64,000 nucleotides of DNA from Guillardia theta CCMP2712 (taxonomy: Eukaryota; Protista; Cryptophyta): positions 441,891 to 505,890 of the forward strand of contig NW_005434631.1 in assembly GCF_000315625.1 (NCBI RefSeq), given 5' to 3'. Shown in pieces: positions 61,495 to 64,000 of this stretch. A program made the position numbers and the translations under genes. Numbering within the stretch: the stretch's first letter is position 1; each line of letters opens with the position of its first letter. The notes below the pieces were generated by a model. The model made no database searches. It was not told the DNA's origin and saw nothing but the letters and a program-made list of their open reading frames with translations.

Positions 61495-64000
61495 CCCTGC
61501 CCCTGCCCCTGCCCCTGACCCTGCCTCTGCTCCTGCTCCTGCCCTTGACCCTGCCCCTGCCCCTGCCCTTGACTCTGCTCCTGCTCCTGCCCTTGACCCT
61601 GCTCCTGCTCCTGGTCTGACGTGCTCGGTTAGGACATCGGCCTCTCGCACAAACCTTCGACGGTAGATCGCAATGGTCGCAAGTCGGAGGGGAAGGAGGG
61701 TGAGGGGAAGAAGGGAGGGGACTGTAAGAAGAGTTCAGCGCAGGATGCGAAGAAGAGCTCGTCCCCAGCTCAGCAAGAGGCGAAGCCAGCGAGCGACAGG
61801 TCGGCGGTGCTGAAGAAGGTGGAGGGCAAGGGGAAAGGGAAGAACAAGACTCGAGTCAGCCCCAAGGAAAAGGCCAGAAGGTGTCTCATGCACTGTCAGG
61901 GGAAGCTGTACATGGGCGACTCGCCTCCGAGCAGTGAGGAGCTGAAGAAGATGAGGGAGGAGGTGCTGGCGATCGAGTCTTGGAGGCCTCGGGACGGGAC
62001 GCTTGTGGAGCTGGAGGAGCTGGAGAAGGAGAGGGCTGAGGCGGTGGAGAAGTTGGAGAAGGAGGACGAAATTGCGGAGAGGGAGGCTAAGGTGCCGAGC
62101 GGTTGGCTCAGGAAACGATCTCGTCTCCTGCAGGACTACAACAAGCACTCCGACTACGGCTCCTGGTTCCTCGCCAAGATGCAAGCTGATTTCATTCCCT
62201 TGTCCAAGAACGAGTCCTTCCAAGACCTGGCCATCCTCAACTCGTCAGATGTGTCGGTGGAGCGAACGATGAGGGGGAGGGAGAGGAAGGCGCCGAAGCA
62301 CATCATGGCCAACTACTCTGTCGGGCTGCAGGGGAGCATTGCGTGGGCGGCGCTGGTGCCGAAGAAGAAGGGCGGGAGGGAGGATGACGACGTGGAGCAG
62401 GCAAGCACGACGTCCGGGGGGGACAACTCAAGGAACAAGATGTCGATCAAGAACAGGACGACGCACATGACGGGGCTGCCGGAGGGCTGGACGGGTCGTG
62501 CGGTGACGAGGCAGTCGTCAACGCAGGCAGACATTTGGATGATGGCGCCTGACGGGACCAAGTTGAGGTCGGTGGTGGACGTGGAGCACTGGTACGCGCA
62601 GAACAAGAAGCCTTTAAGCAAGCAGGAGCGCAGGCTGTTCGAGGAGAGCTGCAAGGACGTTCGGCGCAAGGCTGCCTCCCTCCATGAAGGACAGAGGGCT
62701 GCCGAGGACGCGTCCCCTGTGCAGGAGACCCCTGCCAAGGAGAGCAGGAGCAGAACTCCAGCTGGAGGAGGAGGCGGGGGAGGAGGAGGGGGGAGGAGGA
62801 GAGGGGGGGGAGGGGGGGGAAGGGAGGTGGACTTGAGTGAGTTTCAGACGATCTGCTGGGACTGCAAGAAGGGCAAGTTCTCTCAGAAACACTACTCGCG
62901 CACTCAATGCCGGAAGCTGCACGGGCACACGGACGTGGACTGGAGGGAGGATCCCAGGGAGGCAGGGAAGAAACATGCTCCTCTCCGACCTGCTGGAAGC
63001 AGAAAGGATAGCGGGCAGCAGGTGCAAGAGAGGAGCAGGAGGAGGGGGACAGAGCGCAGCTCCCGTGCAGACTCGGAGTCGAGCGAGGACGAGGACGAGT
63101 CGAGGAGGAGCAAGACGGCGAGCAGGAACGGGCGGAGCTCGCGGGATCGGCGGGAGGGAGGGAGGGGAGCAATAAAGGGGGAGGTGAAGGGAGACCAGTA
63201 CATCGCTGAGGACGATGAGAGCATCGCGGAGATCGCGCGAGGGCTGAGGGTGGAGGCGGCGGAGCTGCTGAGGATGAACAGAAGCAAGTACGGGGGCTGA
63301 CGGTCAACTCGAAGCTATACGGGGGTACCGTGCTGGATCTGCCGAGCTCCTTCTCGCGGGGCAGGAGGAGGGAGGGAGGGGAGGAGAAGGAGGACGGCGG
63401 GGAGAGCGAGGGGAACGAGGACGAGAAGGGCGGGGAGGAGGACCTGATGGAGTTTGAGGAGGAAGGTGAAGGTGAAGGAGGGGAGACGAAGTCGAAGAAG
63501 CGTCAGAGAGAGGATGGCGCCAGTGAGGAGGAGGATGGGGAGGAGGAGGATGGGGAGAGCGATCGGAGCTCGGCGCAGGTGCAGCGTCGGTGGGGAACAG
63601 GTGGGGCAGCGGCGTGATCGACTCGAGGAGCGGAGGACAGAACGCCAAGTCTATGCGATGCTCCTACGAGCTTTGCGCGACCCCCCACCACAGCGGAAGA
63701 GGAGACGGCGAGCACGGCTGGAAGCTTGTGACGGCGCAGACGCGAGCAGGGAATCGAGATTGGACGGAGCTGATAGGACGCGTCTTCTGCAACGCCTGCT
63801 TCATGCAGTTCGCTACCAGGGGGACACTTGAGAGGCCGGGTCGATCGTCGGGGAGGCAGGGCGATGGGGAGGAGGAGGTTGGAGCGGAAGGGGGGAGCAA
63901 GGACAAGGGCAAGAAGGCCTCGGACGAAGTCTCAGTAGACGGGAAGGAGGAGGAGGAGGGAGGGAAGGGAGCGGAGCAGGGGACGAGGACGCAAGGAGGG
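59649..64000 (+). CDS. Large nuclear protein with MBD-like, LysM-like and GATA-like Zn-finger domains (runs off the window end)
   Basis: MBD-like LPEGWTGRAVTRQSSTQADIWMMAPDGTKLRSVVDVEHW (about 62475-62595). LysM-like YIAEDDESIAEIARGLRVEAAELLRMNRSKYGG/LTVNSKLYGGTVLDLP. CSYELC...AGNRDWTELIGRVFCNAC (63659-63800). Linkage of all exons into one gene is inferred. Confidence 0.65.

Overview
Eukaryotic nuclear DNA, most likely from a cryptophyte alga such as Guillardia theta. This is inferred from the ~42-60 nt GT-AG introns, microsatellite-filled introns, a signal peptide + Phe plastid-targeting presequence and an insertion-bearing SHAQKHF Myb. The window holds about 20 genes. Well supported: DNAJC3/P58IPK (partial), a Kelch protein, an MscS channel, PhLP3/TXNDC9, an S6K-like AGC kinase, B12-dependent methionine synthase, an inverted pair of SHAQKHF Myb genes, a two-box HMG protein, a divergent TTL-like ATP-grasp ligase, a GT2+TPR glycosyltransferase, a plastid STN7/8-like kinase and a 16x18-aa Cys/His repeat protein. 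Two spliced microprotein genes are missed by the ORF track. The most notable observations are: (i) a WD40/solenoid coat-like protein with an FCHO-type AP2-activator-like segment plus NPF/DPF/WxxF endocytic motifs (TSET/TPLATE-like); (ii) an ARM-TIR protein apparently lacking the catalytic Glu; (iii) two neighbouring signal-peptide proteins with a ubiquitin-like LRGG motif before the mature domain; (iv) an MBD + LysM-like + GATA-like fusion protein; (v) a 13x38-bp array between inverted Cys/His-repeat sequences; (vi) an interspersed repeat with a tRNA-Ser-like primer-binding site that decays by templated micro-insertions. All calls come from manual translation and motif recognition, with no database searches. 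Boundaries of multi-exon genes are approximate unless exons are listed.
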